Shown here: piece by piece, positions 49,844-59,569 of the stretch
Numbering within the stretch: the first letter of the stretch is position 1
How the letters are laid out: every line of letters starts with the position of its first letter
Assembly (NCBI GenBank): GCA_015228925.1
Contig: JADGCQ010000008.1
Location: forward strand, 2,249 to 66,248
Source: Magnetococcales bacterium
GTDB taxonomy: Bacteria > Pseudomonadota > Magnetococcia > Magnetococcales > UBA8363
Reading direction: 5' to 3'
Length of the DNA stretch: 64,000 bases
Notes under the pieces: generated by a model
Told to the model about the DNA's origin: nothing
Database searches by the model: none
What the model saw: only the letters and a program-made list of their open reading frames with translations
Program-made: the position numbers and the translations under genes

Positions 49844-51000
49844 TGTTTCCATATCAATCCATTCCCAACCCGCTTTTTCCAGATTCATACATGAACCTTC
49901 CCCTGTCCGAAAAAGAATTTTTTCTTGAATTATTTCGCGGGAAAACCCTGTGCCTCTCCCTGATTTCTTATGAAGGTGCGGAGGCTGTTACCGCGTTTGA
50001 AGCGTGCCTCAAAGAATTGGTCGCAGCGGATATTCGGCTGGTTTTGCTGATTCGGGAGAACGGCCCAAAGGGGAGCCATCGGGAATTTTCCTTTCTGACG
50101 GACCACGATTATTGTTGGCATTCTTCGCAATCCCAGACCCCCCCATCTTTGCCGGCGGATCTGTGGAAACAAAAGTCGGGGATTTTTCCTATATTGATCG
50201 AAGCGGACGATACGGCAACCTTTTTGGAGCGGATTGTTACATTGTCGGTTTCTTGGCGTATTTCGCGGATGATTTTTATCGAAGAACGGGGCGGAATCAC
50301 CGATGAACGGGGTAATTTGGCTAATTTTATTAATTTTAAAAGATTATCGGAACTCAATCATTCCCTGGAATGGGCCGATCAATATTTCCATAAAATATTA
50401 TTGAAATCTATACACACACTTCTTTCTCATGGCGTTGGGGCGGTAGGTCTATGCCGGATGATTGATTTTCAACGAGAATTATTTACCTACGAAGGGTGTG
50501 GTACTTTCTTTTCCTGTAAACATTATTGCGAGGTCAGAGGGTTGGTCTGGGATGATTTTCCCAAAGTCGCGGCCTTGATTCACCAGGGGGTCAAGGAAAA
50601 CTATCTGCTGCCCCGTTCGGAAGAACGGATTTCCAAGATCCTCCTCAATGGTTTTGGTGCCTTTATCGCGATCCATCATCTGGCAGGCATCTGCGGATTG
50701 TTTACCGAAGGTTATGAACAGGACAATGCGGGTGAGGTGGTGGCCTTGTATGCCCTGACCCGGTTTCAGGGAGAGGGTATCGGTGTCCGGCTGGTGCAAC
50801 GGCTGAAAGAGGAAGGGCAAGAAAAAGGATTGGCCTATTTATTTGCCTGTACGCAACAATCCAAAGTGATGGATTTTTTCCAAAGGCAAGGGTTCATCGC
50901 GGCGGCATCCTCCCAGATTCCCCAAGCCAAATGGGATGGTTATGATCCGGCCAGAAAGGATTCCGTCCGTTGTTTTGTCTTCAACCTGAAGGAACCATGA
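49840..51000 (+). CDS. ArgA-like protein: degenerate amino-acid-kinase domain plus GNAT acetyltransferase
   Basis: ELFTYEGCGT linker, LLPRS, FQGEGIG acetyl-CoA loop, FFQRQGF. Confidence 0.7.
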   Translation: MMFPYQSIPNPLFPDSYMNLPLSEKEFFLELFRGKTLCLSLISYEGAEAVTAFEACLKELVAADIRLVLLIRENGPKGSHREFSFLTDHDYCWHSSQSQTPPSLPADLWKQKSGIFPILIEADDTATFLERIVTLSVSWRISRMIFIEERGGITDERGNLANFINFKRLSELNHSLEWADQYFHKILLKSIHTLLSHGVGAVGLCRMIDFQRELFTYEGCGTFFSCKHYCEVRGLVWDDFPKVAALIHQGVKENYLLPRSEERISKILLNGFGAFIAIHHLAGICGLFTEGYEQDNAGEVVALYALTRFQGEGIGVRLVQRLKEEGQEKGLAYLFACTQQSKVMDFFQRQGFIAAASSQIPQAKWDGYDPARKDSVRCFVFNLKEP

Positions 51001-51004
51001 CCCT

Positions 51005-52096
51005 ATGGAACACATCGTCATCGTTGGCGCAGGCGTCATGGGGACGGCGACGGCGCATCGGTTGTTGGAACGGGGATTTGCGGTAACCCTGTTGGAAAAA
51101 TCCCTTCCAGGGGCCGAATCTTCGGCGGCGGCGGCGGGGATATTGGGGGCGCAATCGGAAGTTTCGGGAACTGGTCCTTTTCTTGAGTTGTGCTTGGCCA
51201 GCAGGGCACTGTTTGGCGAGTATGTCCGGGAATTGCAGGAACTCTCTGGGGTTTGTGTCGATTTTGAAACATCTGGGGTCTTGGAAGTGGCGTTAACCCC
51301 GTCCGAGGGACGCCTCGCTGCCGGACGGGCGCAATGGATGTTGGACAGAGGGCTTGAAGTATCGCTATTGGACCGGGAGGAGGCCCGCCGTTTGGAGCCG
51401 GGTTTGACCGAACGGATGGTGGGGGCCAATTATTATCCCAGGGATTGCCAACTTGACCCCATCCGTCTGGCCAGTGCCTTGGCGGCGGCGGTGGGTCAGT
51501 TGGGCGGTCGTTTCCAGACGGGATTGCAGGTATTGGGGATTGAAACCCACCAGGGGAGCGTCACGGGGGTGCGTACCACCACCGGGGTGATCCAGGGAGA
51601 TGCGGTGGTGATTGCCAGTGGGGCTTGGAGTACGGGACTGGGGGGTCTTCCGGCGGTACGCACCCCAGTCAAACCCATGTCGGGACAGATAATTCAAGTA
51701 CAGACCCGTCCGGCAGCGTTGCGGCATGTACTCTATGGTTATCAGGGCTATGTCGTCCCCAGGCGGGATGGCCGGGTTCTGATGGGATCCACCCTTGAGG
51801 AACGGGGATTTGATAAAGCGGTCACCCTGGATGGGATCCATCGGATCACGAGCATGGCGCGGGAAATGGCTCCGTGCCTGGGAGAAGCACGCTTGGCGGC
51901 TACCTGGTCGGGATTGCGTCCTGCCCCAGGCGACGGCTTGCCCATGTTGGGTGAATCGCGACATGTGCGCGGATTGTTCTTTGCCACGGGACATTATCGC
52001 AACGGTATCCTGCTGACCCCCATCACCGGCACCATTATCGCCGATTTGGTGGAGAAAAAATCTCCCGTCGTGGACGTCACCCCGTTTCTCCCATGA
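51005..52096 (+). CDS. thiO: glycine oxidase ThiO / DAO-family FAD oxidoreductase
   Basis: VGAGVMG, SAAAAGIL, YVVPRRDG, WSGLRP, TGHYRNGILL. Confidence 0.82.
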   Translation: MEHIVIVGAGVMGTATAHRLLERGFAVTLLEKSLPGAESSAAAAGILGAQSEVSGTGPFLELCLASRALFGEYVRELQELSGVCVDFETSGVLEVALTPSEGRLAAGRAQWMLDRGLEVSLLDREEARRLEPGLTERMVGANYYPRDCQLDPIRLASALAAAVGQLGGRFQTGLQVLGIETHQGSVTGVRTTTGVIQGDAVVIASGAWSTGLGGLPAVRTPVKPMSGQIIQVQTRPAALRHVLYGYQGYVVPRRDGRVLMGSTLEERGFDKAVTLDGIHRITSMAREMAPCLGEARLAATWSGLRPAPGDGLPMLGESRHVRGLFFATGHYRNGILLTPITGTIIADLVEKKSPVVDVTPFLP

Positions 52097-53223
52097 GCAT
52101 TGCCCCTCCCCTCCCCGCCCCGCCCCGGCAGCGGGTCGCTGTGGCCATGTCGGGTGGAGTCGATTCGTCGGTTGCCGCCGCTTGGCTGCTGGACCAGGGC
52201 TATGATGTGGTGGGATTGACCATGCGCTTGTGGGATCATTGTGAAACGGAGAGCGGTGGGACCACTACCAACCAGCGCAGTTGTTGCGGCACGGAGGATG
52301 TGGAAGATGCCCGGCGGGTGGCGCAGACGTTGAGCATTCCCTTTTACGTTCTCGCCATGCAACACCGTTTTGAGCAGGATGTGGTCATCCCTTTTGTACA
52401 GGACTACGCCGCCGGTCGTACCCCCAATCCCTGCATACGATGCAATCAAATCATCAAGTTTCAGCATTTGTTGGAACAGGCGCACGCTTTGGGGGCTGAA
52501 TTTTTGGCCACGGGACATTATGCGCAGCTTCTTTACTCCCCCGGTCAACCACCAAGATTGTTTTGTGGCGAGGATCCCAGGAAAGATCAATCTTATTTTT
52601 TGGCCAACACCCCTTGGGAACTCTTGGCAAAGGTTCGGTTTCCTTTGGGAGAGATCACCAAGGAAGAAACACGCCGTCTTGCCCAACAATTTGGGCTGCA
52701 TTTGGCGCAAAAACGGGAAAGCCAGGATGTATGTTTTGTCCCGGATGGTGATTATCGGTCTTTTTTTCGGCGGCGTGGTTTGCTGGATCGGCCCGGTCCC
52801 ATACGGGGGGTGGATGGGACGGTATTGGGACAACATTCGGGGATTCACCGTTACACCATTGGTCAGAGAAAGGGATTGGGGATTTCTGCCCCGCACCCAC
52901 TTTTTGTGATCGCCATGGATGTCTCCCAAAATGTGTTGGTTGTCGGTCCTGAGTCGGCTTTGTATGGAAAAATGGCCCGATTGTATCATTTAAACTGGCT
53001 GGTTCCCGATATGAACAACCGTCAACACTTGGAAGTGATGGCAAAAATTCGATATGCATCCCCCCCGGTTTCTGCTACTTTGGAATTTGGGGGAGAGAAA
53101 AATGGAGAAGCAATGATCCATTTTCATGCACCACAGAGGGCGATCACGCCGGGGCAGGCTTGTGTATTCTATCAAGGGCGGCAGGTTCTTGGGGCAGGGT
53201 GGATTGAATCGGTATTGGGTTAA
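52093..53223 (+). CDS. mnmA: tRNA 2-thiouridine(34) synthase
   Basis: AMSGGVDS, TPNPCIRCN, ATGHYA, KDQSYFL, ESQDVCF, TIGQRKG, TPGQ. Confidence 0.96.
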   Translation: MSIAPPLPAPPRQRVAVAMSGGVDSSVAAAWLLDQGYDVVGLTMRLWDHCETESGGTTTNQRSCCGTEDVEDARRVAQTLSIPFYVLAMQHRFEQDVVIPFVQDYAAGRTPNPCIRCNQIIKFQHLLEQAHALGAEFLATGHYAQLLYSPGQPPRLFCGEDPRKDQSYFLANTPWELLAKVRFPLGEITKEETRRLAQQFGLHLAQKRESQDVCFVPDGDYRSFFRRRGLLDRPGPIRGVDGTVLGQHSGIHRYTIGQRKGLGISAPHPLFVIAMDVSQNVLVVGPESALYGKMARLYHLNWLVPDMNNRQHLEVMAKIRYASPPVSATLEFGGEKNGEAMIHFHAPQRAITPGQACVFYQGRQVLGAGWIESVLG

Positions 53224-53259
53224 ACTCAGGATCAGGATTATGATAATCGAGAGACGCCA

Positions 53260-53697
53260 ATGAACGAAAATAAATTGCTTGATCATATTAATTTTTTTAA
53301 AATTTTTTCCCTGGAGGAAAAAAGGCTGATCTTGGAATCCGAGAGTTATTTTGAAAGTTTTGAGCCGGGGGATGTGATTATTGAAGAGGGGGCAGAGGAG
53401 AGCAACCTGTATATCATCATCAAGGGTGAGGCCAAAGTCACCAAGAGCAGCCACCCTGAGAACGTTCTGGCGACTTTGGGTGGGGGGACGGTGATGGGAG
53501 AGTTATCCTTTTTGACCAAACGGCCACGATCCAGCAATGTGGTGGCGGTGGGAAAGGTGGTTTGTTTTTCTTTGAATGCGGAATCAATGTTGCAGCTTGA
53601 TTCGGCCATGCAACACAAGATCAAGGATCAATTGATCGAGGTCTTGATTGGCCGTTTGGATGAGATGAACAATATTTATTTAAACTTGGTGCGCTAA
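53260..53697 (+). CDS. stand-alone cyclic-nucleotide-binding domain protein
   Basis: IIEEG...LYIIIKG...MGELSFL...RSSNV. Confidence 0.88.
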   Translation: MNENKLLDHINFFKIFSLEEKRLILESESYFESFEPGDVIIEEGAEESNLYIIIKGEAKVTKSSHPENVLATLGGGTVMGELSFLTKRPRSSNVVAVGKVVCFSLNAESMLQLDSAMQHKIKDQLIEVLIGRLDEMNNIYLNLVR

Positions 53698-53727
53698 CCA
53701 GCAAGATCCCCCCCGCAATCATGCCTA

Positions 53728-53870
53728 TGGGGCATTTTTTGCCCCACGAAAAATCCCCCCCTTTTCCCGGCCATGGGATAAAATTCTCCGCATCATCAAC
53801 ATTCTATACATTTATTCAATAAATTTTATTGAATTGCACGCATATTGCATGGAGTCTCCATAGCCGATAT
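53728..53870 (+). promoter_or_regulatory. flagellin upstream control region
   Basis: Dyad TGGGGCA-N5-TGCCCCA (53728-53746); palindrome ATTCAATAAA-T-TTTATTGAAT (53814-53834); imperfect sigma54-like TTGCAC-N5-TTGCA (53834-53849); sigma28 -10-like GCCGATAT (53863-53870). Confidence 0.45.
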
Positions 53871-53899
53871 TTTCACAATCCTTGAAGGAAATGGAACCC

Positions 53900-56194
53900 A
53901 TGGCACTTTCCATCAATACCAATCTTTCCTCTTTGAACGCGCAGCGGCACTTGTTGGATTCCACCGGGGAAATGAATCAGGTGTTTGCCCGCCTGAGTTC
54001 GGGTTTGCGCATCAATCGGGCGGGAGACGATGCGGCGGGATTGGCCATATCCAACCGCATGACCCTCCAGGTTAGGGGATTGACCCAGGCGGTGCGCAAT
54101 GCCAACGATGGTATTTCCATCTCCCAGGTGGCGGAAGGTGCCTTGGCGGAAACCAGCAACATGTTGCAACGGTTGAATGAACTGGCGGTACAAGCGGCCA
54201 ACGACACCAATACCTCCAAGGATCGACAAAGCCTTCAGGACGAGATCAACCAATTGCTTTCGGAAATCGAGCGGATTTCTCAAGAGACCGAGTTCAACAA
54301 CTGGCCCATGCTCAACGGCAGCATTCTGCCGCTCGTGTTTCAGGTTGGGGCACGCGAAAATCAGACCATCAACGTGCAATTGGCCGATGCCCGCGCCTCT
54401 GTTTTGCTGGCGCAGCCTGGGGTTGCCAATCCCAACGCCAAGGAAAGTCTGCTTAATCCCCAAATCAAGGGGATGCTGGTCAAGGTACCCACCACGATTT
54501 CTGCCGGATCCAAACTGTTTCATCCCGACGTAGCCGTAGGGATTCAGGCCATCACCAATGCCAACGCCACCAGTGCATCCCCCTGGACGACCGACCCGAC
54601 CGAAGTTGCCGATAGCATGGTCACGGCGTTTGGTGCGGGCATCGCGGTGGAAACCGCCGCCGACCAAGCCCTTTCCACAGGGACCGCCACCACCCATGGC
54701 AGTGATATTGTCCGCGCCCTCACCGCAACCGTGACGGTAGCCAACGCCGTGGCGACAGCGGTGACAGCAGCGGGAGGTGCTGGCACCACGACCACCGCCA
54801 TCAACGGATGGGATCTCACCAGTGCCGCCTATGACACCATCGAAGAGGTCGCCAACGCCATTACCGCTTTGGATGCCACCGTGAGTGCGGCGGAAGCCTC
54901 GGTCATCGCCGCCGCCCGGTTTGCCGCCGCCGAGACCAACGCCAGTATTTTGGATGTCCGCAACTCCGCCGCCGCCCGTTCACTCATGAATGCCGACACC
55001 GGCAATGCAATCAACTATTCCCAAGCGCAGGTGGTTGCCGCCGCCAGTTTTAAAGCGGCAGAAAGTTTGACCGGCACCACCATCACCACCCAGATTACCG
55101 CCGACAATCCTGCAAACGTTGCCGCACTGGTCACATCGGGGTTAACCGCAACCAACGTCCCCACCGCCAACCAAGCGGCCATTGCCACGGCGATTACGGG
55201 GGCCATTCCCGGAACTGCCGAGGATGCTATCCGCGCCGCCATGAACGCCGATGCCAGCAGCAATCTCACCAAGGATGAAGCGACCCTGATCGTCACCGCT
55301 GCCATGGCATTGGACGGCGGTTCCACGGTTGCGCAATCGGTGGCCTCAGCCAATGCCACCGGGACCAAAGATAATATCATCCGTCAGATCGATGCCATCG
55401 CCCCGACGACGAGCATTGCCACGGTGGTGGATGTGGCAGTCAATGCCGCCGGAGTCAACGATGTTCCGGTGGGCAATGTGAACGCCGTCATCCGGGCCAT
55501 TGATGCGGGTGTGAGTTTGGGACGGGATATTGAGACTATCGCTGCCCTGGCTATGGCGGCGGATGGGAGTCGTAAGCTGACCATCGACAATGCCAAGGTC
55601 ATTGCCGCTGCCGGTTTGGCCGCTGCCGCCCCAAACGGCAGTACGACCGCCGCCTCGACTGCCGCCAGCAACATGGCCAAGGTGATCAATGCCCGCGATT
55701 ATGCGGTGGCCTATGCGGCCAAATATGGGGCACCCCCGACAGCGGGCAGCATCATCATGGTCCCCGATTGGATGATCGACACCAGCGGCAATACCAAGTT
55801 TCCCCCCAGTCCCCTTATCGATGTGACGGGATCTTCCATCCCCGCCGATCCCACGATTCCATTTTCTCAAACCACCATCACCAACGGGAGCAATCCCGCC
55901 ATGGGGGGTGCGGAGGCGGCAGGGATGATGCTCGCCATCATCAGCAAGGCGATCAACAAGGTCTCTTCCATTCGGTCGGAGTTGGGTTCCATTGAGAATC
56001 GTTTTGAGGCCAACATTGCCAACCTGAACAATGTCATTGAAAACGTCTCGGCATCCCGTTCCAGAATTCTGGATGCCGATATCGCCTCCGAGACCGCCAA
56101 CATGACCCGTATATCTATTCTGCAACAGGCGGGAACCGCCGTATTGGCCCAGGCCAACCAGCAACCCCAATTGGTACTGAAACTGTTGCAATAG
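53900..56194 (+). CDS. fliC: large flagellin (764 aa) with an Ala/Thr-rich repeated central region
   Basis: [34 protein letters not shown]; C-terminal [11 protein letters not shown]...AVLAQAN. Confidence 0.95.
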   Translation: MALSINTNLSSLNAQRHLLDSTGEMNQVFARLSSGLRINRAGDDAAGLAISNRMTLQVRGLTQAVRNANDGISISQVAEGALAETSNMLQRLNELAVQAANDTNTSKDRQSLQDEINQLLSEIERISQETEFNNWPMLNGSILPLVFQVGARENQTINVQLADARASVLLAQPGVANPNAKESLLNPQIKGMLVKVPTTISAGSKLFHPDVAVGIQAITNANATSASPWTTDPTEVADSMVTAFGAGIAVETAADQALSTGTATTHGSDIVRALTATVTVANAVATAVTAAGGAGTTTTAINGWDLTSAAYDTIEEVANAITALDATVSAAEASVIAAARFAAAETNASILDVRNSAAARSLMNADTGNAINYSQAQVVAAASFKAAESLTGTTITTQITADNPANVAALVTSGLTATNVPTANQAAIATAITGAIPGTAEDAIRAAMNADASSNLTKDEATLIVTAAMALDGGSTVAQSVASANATGTKDNIIRQIDAIAPTTSIATVVDVAVNAAGVNDVPVGNVNAVIRAIDAGVSLGRDIETIAALAMAADGSRKLTIDNAKVIAAAGLAAAAPNGSTTAASTAASNMAKVINARDYAVAYAAKYGAPPTAGSIIMVPDWMIDTSGNTKFPPSPLIDVTGSSIPADPTIPFSQTTITNGSNPAMGGAEAAGMMLAIISKAINKVSSIRSELGSIENRFEANIANLNNVIENVSASRSRILDADIASETANMTRISILQQAGTAVLAQANQQPQLVLKLLQ

Positions 56195-56265
56195 AAGGAC
56201 TCGGCTGGCTCATCTTGACAAGATTTTCTTTTTAAAAGTTTTTCACCCAGACCTGATCTTGTCGG

Positions 56266-59200
56266 TCAGTGATCTTTGTCCAATGCACTGGGAAAATTCA
56301 ACTCATCGGGCATATTTTCAAGGTACGGTGGTGGTTCAATACCAAGACGTTTAAGAAGATCATCCAACAACATCCAATCCCCTTCCGGGGTTACCAGATC
56401 TCCCCGAATATAGGCCCGCAGACACCATTGCAATCGTCCTTCCCGTTTTTCGGGATGGCGGGCCAAATCTTCCAATAACACCCGATCTTCCGGGGTGCTT
56501 CTGCGGGCGATGTGCCGCGCCAGGGCAGACCACAGGGGTTCCGGGCGCTGTAATTTTTTATAATAGGCCATTGCTTGTTGAAATGCCCTGTCATCTCCTC
56601 CCTGATGAAACGAAAGCCGACAGGCATGATGGAATAATTCTATTTCTGGTCCAAAAGGTTCTTTATTAATAGAATCATGTTCTAGCTGCCCATGGGCCAA
56701 CAGAGCGCGGGTGCCTGCACGACCTGGAGACAACACTTCCGTCGTCAACAAATCCAAATGGGAATTCCGCTTTGGGTCCATTTTGATGTCATGCGCCAAG
56801 TCATGCGCCCAGTCGCGCACCCAGTCGCGCGCCAAGTCGCGCGCCAAGTCGCGCGCCCAGTCGCGCGCCAAGTAGTGCGCCAAGTACCGCGCCAAGTCGC
56901 GCGCCAAGTACCGCGCCAAGTCGTGCGCCAAGTCGTGCGCCCAGTCGTGCGCCAAGTCGTGCGCCAAGTACCGCGCCAAGTCGTGCGCCAAGTACCGCGT
57001 CAAGTCGCGCGCCCAATCACGCTCCAAGTCACGCGCCAAGTCACGCGATTTCCTGCTTTCAGCCCCTGGAAATAACCAGCAAAAGGAAGTTTGCCCAAGT
57101 GACAAGGCCAACTCAAAACCAAGAACAAAGAGAAGGTTTTGACCAGAAAACCCCCACTGACGGCGTCTTCCAGGCCAAGTTTGTATGAGAAGACTTTCAC
57201 TCCAACCTGGCCAGATGGAAACACCGCCATTGAGGAGTCGTCCCACGGCAAGCCCCTTGTCCCCCTCTGGGGCATCATTCATGGCGTGCAGGAACAGCGT
57301 GAAGCCAGGGCGAGCATGATCACGCATTGGTTGTAAACCGATCATTTCCAACCCTGTATTCAACCGCTGACAAGCCATCCAATTGGCATTGTTAGCTCCC
57401 TCACTCTGCCATTGGCGCTGAATGATGGCTTTACTCTCCTCTTTCCTACTGACTTTCCAAGCGTCCAACCCTTGATCGGTACCACGTTTCCAATCTTTCG
57501 CCAGCGCAATACCACTCCTCTTAGACCACTCTTTGACATGTTTCAATAAATCATCAGCAAGAAAAGTTCCTGCCAACCATAATCCATATTCTTCATCTTC
57601 GCATAGATGAGAAAATACTGGTTCTAACCGTTCCGGGTTGATATCAGCGACTAGGGCGGCCCAAAGACGTAATGTTTCCCACCAAAAGCCAAGGTGTCTC
57701 CATTGAGCAACCAATACAATCCGCCCTTGATCACCTTCTATGGTAGCTTGCAGATGCCAAGCGGTGAGAAATTCTTGAAAACTCAGATGGGCAAAAGAAA
57801 GTTTATAGTCAGTGCGATCCACCAACACCCCGGCGGGACCAGAAAGCCAGGATAAGAAACCATCCTTATGGGCTGAATCCCAGTCGGACGGTAAATATTT
57901 GGCCATCTCCTCCCAGGATTGCACCAAACTTTTTCTTCCGGTTTTTTCATCATACCCTGTTTCCTGCATCCCATGGGCCAGTGCTGCGACAACACGAAAG
58001 CGTTCGGCCCCAGAATCGGGACGCCAACGATGCCGTTCTCCCCGCACCCCCTCCTGTTCCCTACGGTCGGGCAGTGCTGACAGGAGATTATCCAAAGTGA
58101 CCTGATAAAGCTTGTGCCGACGGTCCGGGAGAGGGCTGGTGCGGCTGACCAGGAGCATCATGGTCAGCAACAAAGCGGTACGGGCCAAATCATGAGCTTC
58201 GGGGGTATGAAACAATCGGTCTATAAATTCTTCGGTCGCTTTTTTCCCGGCCACCTGATCGCTACCATGAATGTGCTGAAAAAAATTCCCGGAGAGTTTC
58301 CTGATTTCTCTATCATCCAGAGGCTGAACATCCCACACCGTAAAACCCTCATTGTAGGTGGGACTATCGCCATACGGACGACTACTGAGAACCACCTTCA
58401 TGCCACTGTTCTTTTTCATGAAAACCAACAATTTTTGACGGAAATCTTGGCCCAACTCCCCCAGTTCATCCCACCCATCCACCAATAAAACTGGAGTAAC
58501 TGTTTTCGTTCTGGCAAACTGAAGGAAAAAGGCCTCTTGCCATTCTTTCAGCCCATATTCCGCCAACCACGATCCCAAAAATGATTCCAGATTATGGAAT
58601 TTTTCTTCGACATTCTGCCAATACCGCGCCAAAGCTCGCAGTTCCACGAAAAACGGAAACGTATCCTCACGTGTTAATAATTGCCGAAAGGTCCACCGCA
58701 TCCAGGTGGTCTTGCCCGACCCCGCCACACCGCGCACAACCAGGGGTTTACTCAGAGATAGCACCTCTTCAGGTTCCAGTGTCTTTCCCTCTTCAAGCTT
58801 ATCTGGATCATATCCCTTACCCAAGCGCAAAGAAACATACATGTTTTCCAGCGTGGCATCCACCACCTTGTCCTTTGCTGGTCCCGACGCAGCTGCCCCC
58901 ACATGGCGCAAATCCCATCGGTCAAAGAGAAAAGCCAGTTTTTCCCGATATGCCCGCAAGAAAGGGGCACTCATGACACTTTCTGGCTGCGGTGCAGCAA
59001 ATGGCCAGTTCTCATAACCTCGAAAAAAAATCCAGGCGTCATCAGCCGATTGAGCTACTTGATCAGGTTTTAAATTGAACAATGCACACACAACACTGAC
59101 CAGCGCATTACCCGCTTTTTCCCAGTTTTCTTTCCTGAAATCGGCAAAAGCAGGCTTACTTTCCAACTTGGTTTTGTCGTCCATCCTAAAAGCATGGGGA

Positions 59201-59559
59201 AAACAATGATCTGGATCATGGATATGTTCAAGCCAATCGGAATTTCCTGCAAAAACACAGGCAATGATCTGTTTATTACCGCGAATCTTCTTAAAATTTT
59301 GAATTTCAAGTTCCACATAAGGGGATTTGGCAGATTCGGGGGTACAGAGGAGGATTAAGAACTCGGATTGTTCTAATGCAGCGACTATCTTTCCATCCAA
59401 ATCGGCCCCTGCGGCAATCTTGGCGGTATCGAAAAAAATAGTTTCATCGTTCAGTTCATTTTTAAAGCGTTCGATGGAAAACAATCGTTTACGCAACCAT
59501 TGGGCTTGGTCGGTATTCTCCCGACTGTAGCTGATAAACGCCTTATATGGAAACCCCAT
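56266..59559 (-). CDS. TIR-NACHT (STAND NTPase) protein with a C-terminal tetrapeptide repeat; putative defence NLR
   Basis: AFISYS TIR box with Glu in SPYVELEI; Walker A GVAGSGKTT; Walker B LLVDGWDE; SSRP; FAHLSFQEFLTA winged-helix motif. Confidence 0.9.
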   Translation of the reverse strand: MGFPYKAFISYSRENTDQAQWLRKRLFSIERFKNELNDETIFFDTAKIAAGADLDGKIVAALEQSEFLILLCTPESAKSPYVELEIQNFKKIRGNKQIIACVFAGNSDWLEHIHDPDHCFPHAFRMDDKTKLESKPAFADFRKENWEKAGNALVSVVCALFNLKPDQVAQSADDAWIFFRGYENWPFAAPQPESVMSAPFLRAYREKLAFLFDRWDLRHVGAAASGPAKDKVVDATLENMYVSLRLGKGYDPDKLEEGKTLEPEEVLSLSKPLVVRGVAGSGKTTWMRWTFRQLLTREDTFPFFVELRALARYWQNVEEKFHNLESFLGSWLAEYGLKEWQEAFFLQFARTKTVTPVLLVDGWDELGELGQDFRQKLLVFMKKNSGMKVVLSSRPYGDSPTYNEGFTVWDVQPLDDREIRKLSGNFFQHIHGSDQVAGKKATEEFIDRLFHTPEAHDLARTALLLTMMLLVSRTSPLPDRRHKLYQVTLDNLLSALPDRREQEGVRGERHRWRPDSGAERFRVVAALAHGMQETGYDEKTGRKSLVQSWEEMAKYLPSDWDSAHKDGFLSWLSGPAGVLVDRTDYKLSFAHLSFQEFLTAWHLQATIEGDQGRIVLVAQWRHLGFWWETLRLWAALVADINPERLEPVFSHLCEDEEYGLWLAGTFLADDLLKHVKEWSKRSGIALAKDWKRGTDQGLDAWKVSRKEESKAIIQRQWQSEGANNANWMACQRLNTGLEMIGLQPMRDHARPGFTLFLHAMNDAPEGDKGLAVGRLLNGGVSIWPGWSESLLIQTWPGRRRQWGFSGQNLLFVLGFELALSLGQTSFCWLFPGAESRKSRDLARDLERDWARDLTRYLAHDLARYLAHDLAHDWAHDLAHDLARYLARDLARYLAHYLARDWARDLARDLARDWVRDWAHDLAHDIKMDPKRNSHLDLLTTEVLSPGRAGTRALLAHGQLEHDSINKEPFGPEIELFHHACRLSFHQGGDDRAFQQAMAYYKKLQRPEPLWSALARHIARRSTPEDRVLLEDLARHPEKREGRLQWCLRAYIRGDLVTPEGDWMLLDDLLKRLGIEPPPYLENMPDELNFPSALDKDH
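56782..57045 (-). repeat. in-frame 12-bp tandem repeat, 22 units, encoding (R/H)(D/Y)(L/W)A
   Basis: Consensus minus-strand unit CGCGACTTGGCG; protein RDLA RDLE RDWA RDLT RYLA HDLA ... HDIK. Confidence 0.95.
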
Positions 59560-59569
59560 GACTCCCCCA

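Noticed and set aside
56692-57075. ORFs encoding ARQV (+ strand) and GARL (alternative minus frame) repeats
   Set aside because: Stop-free shadows of the 12-bp repeat inside the TIR-NACHT gene
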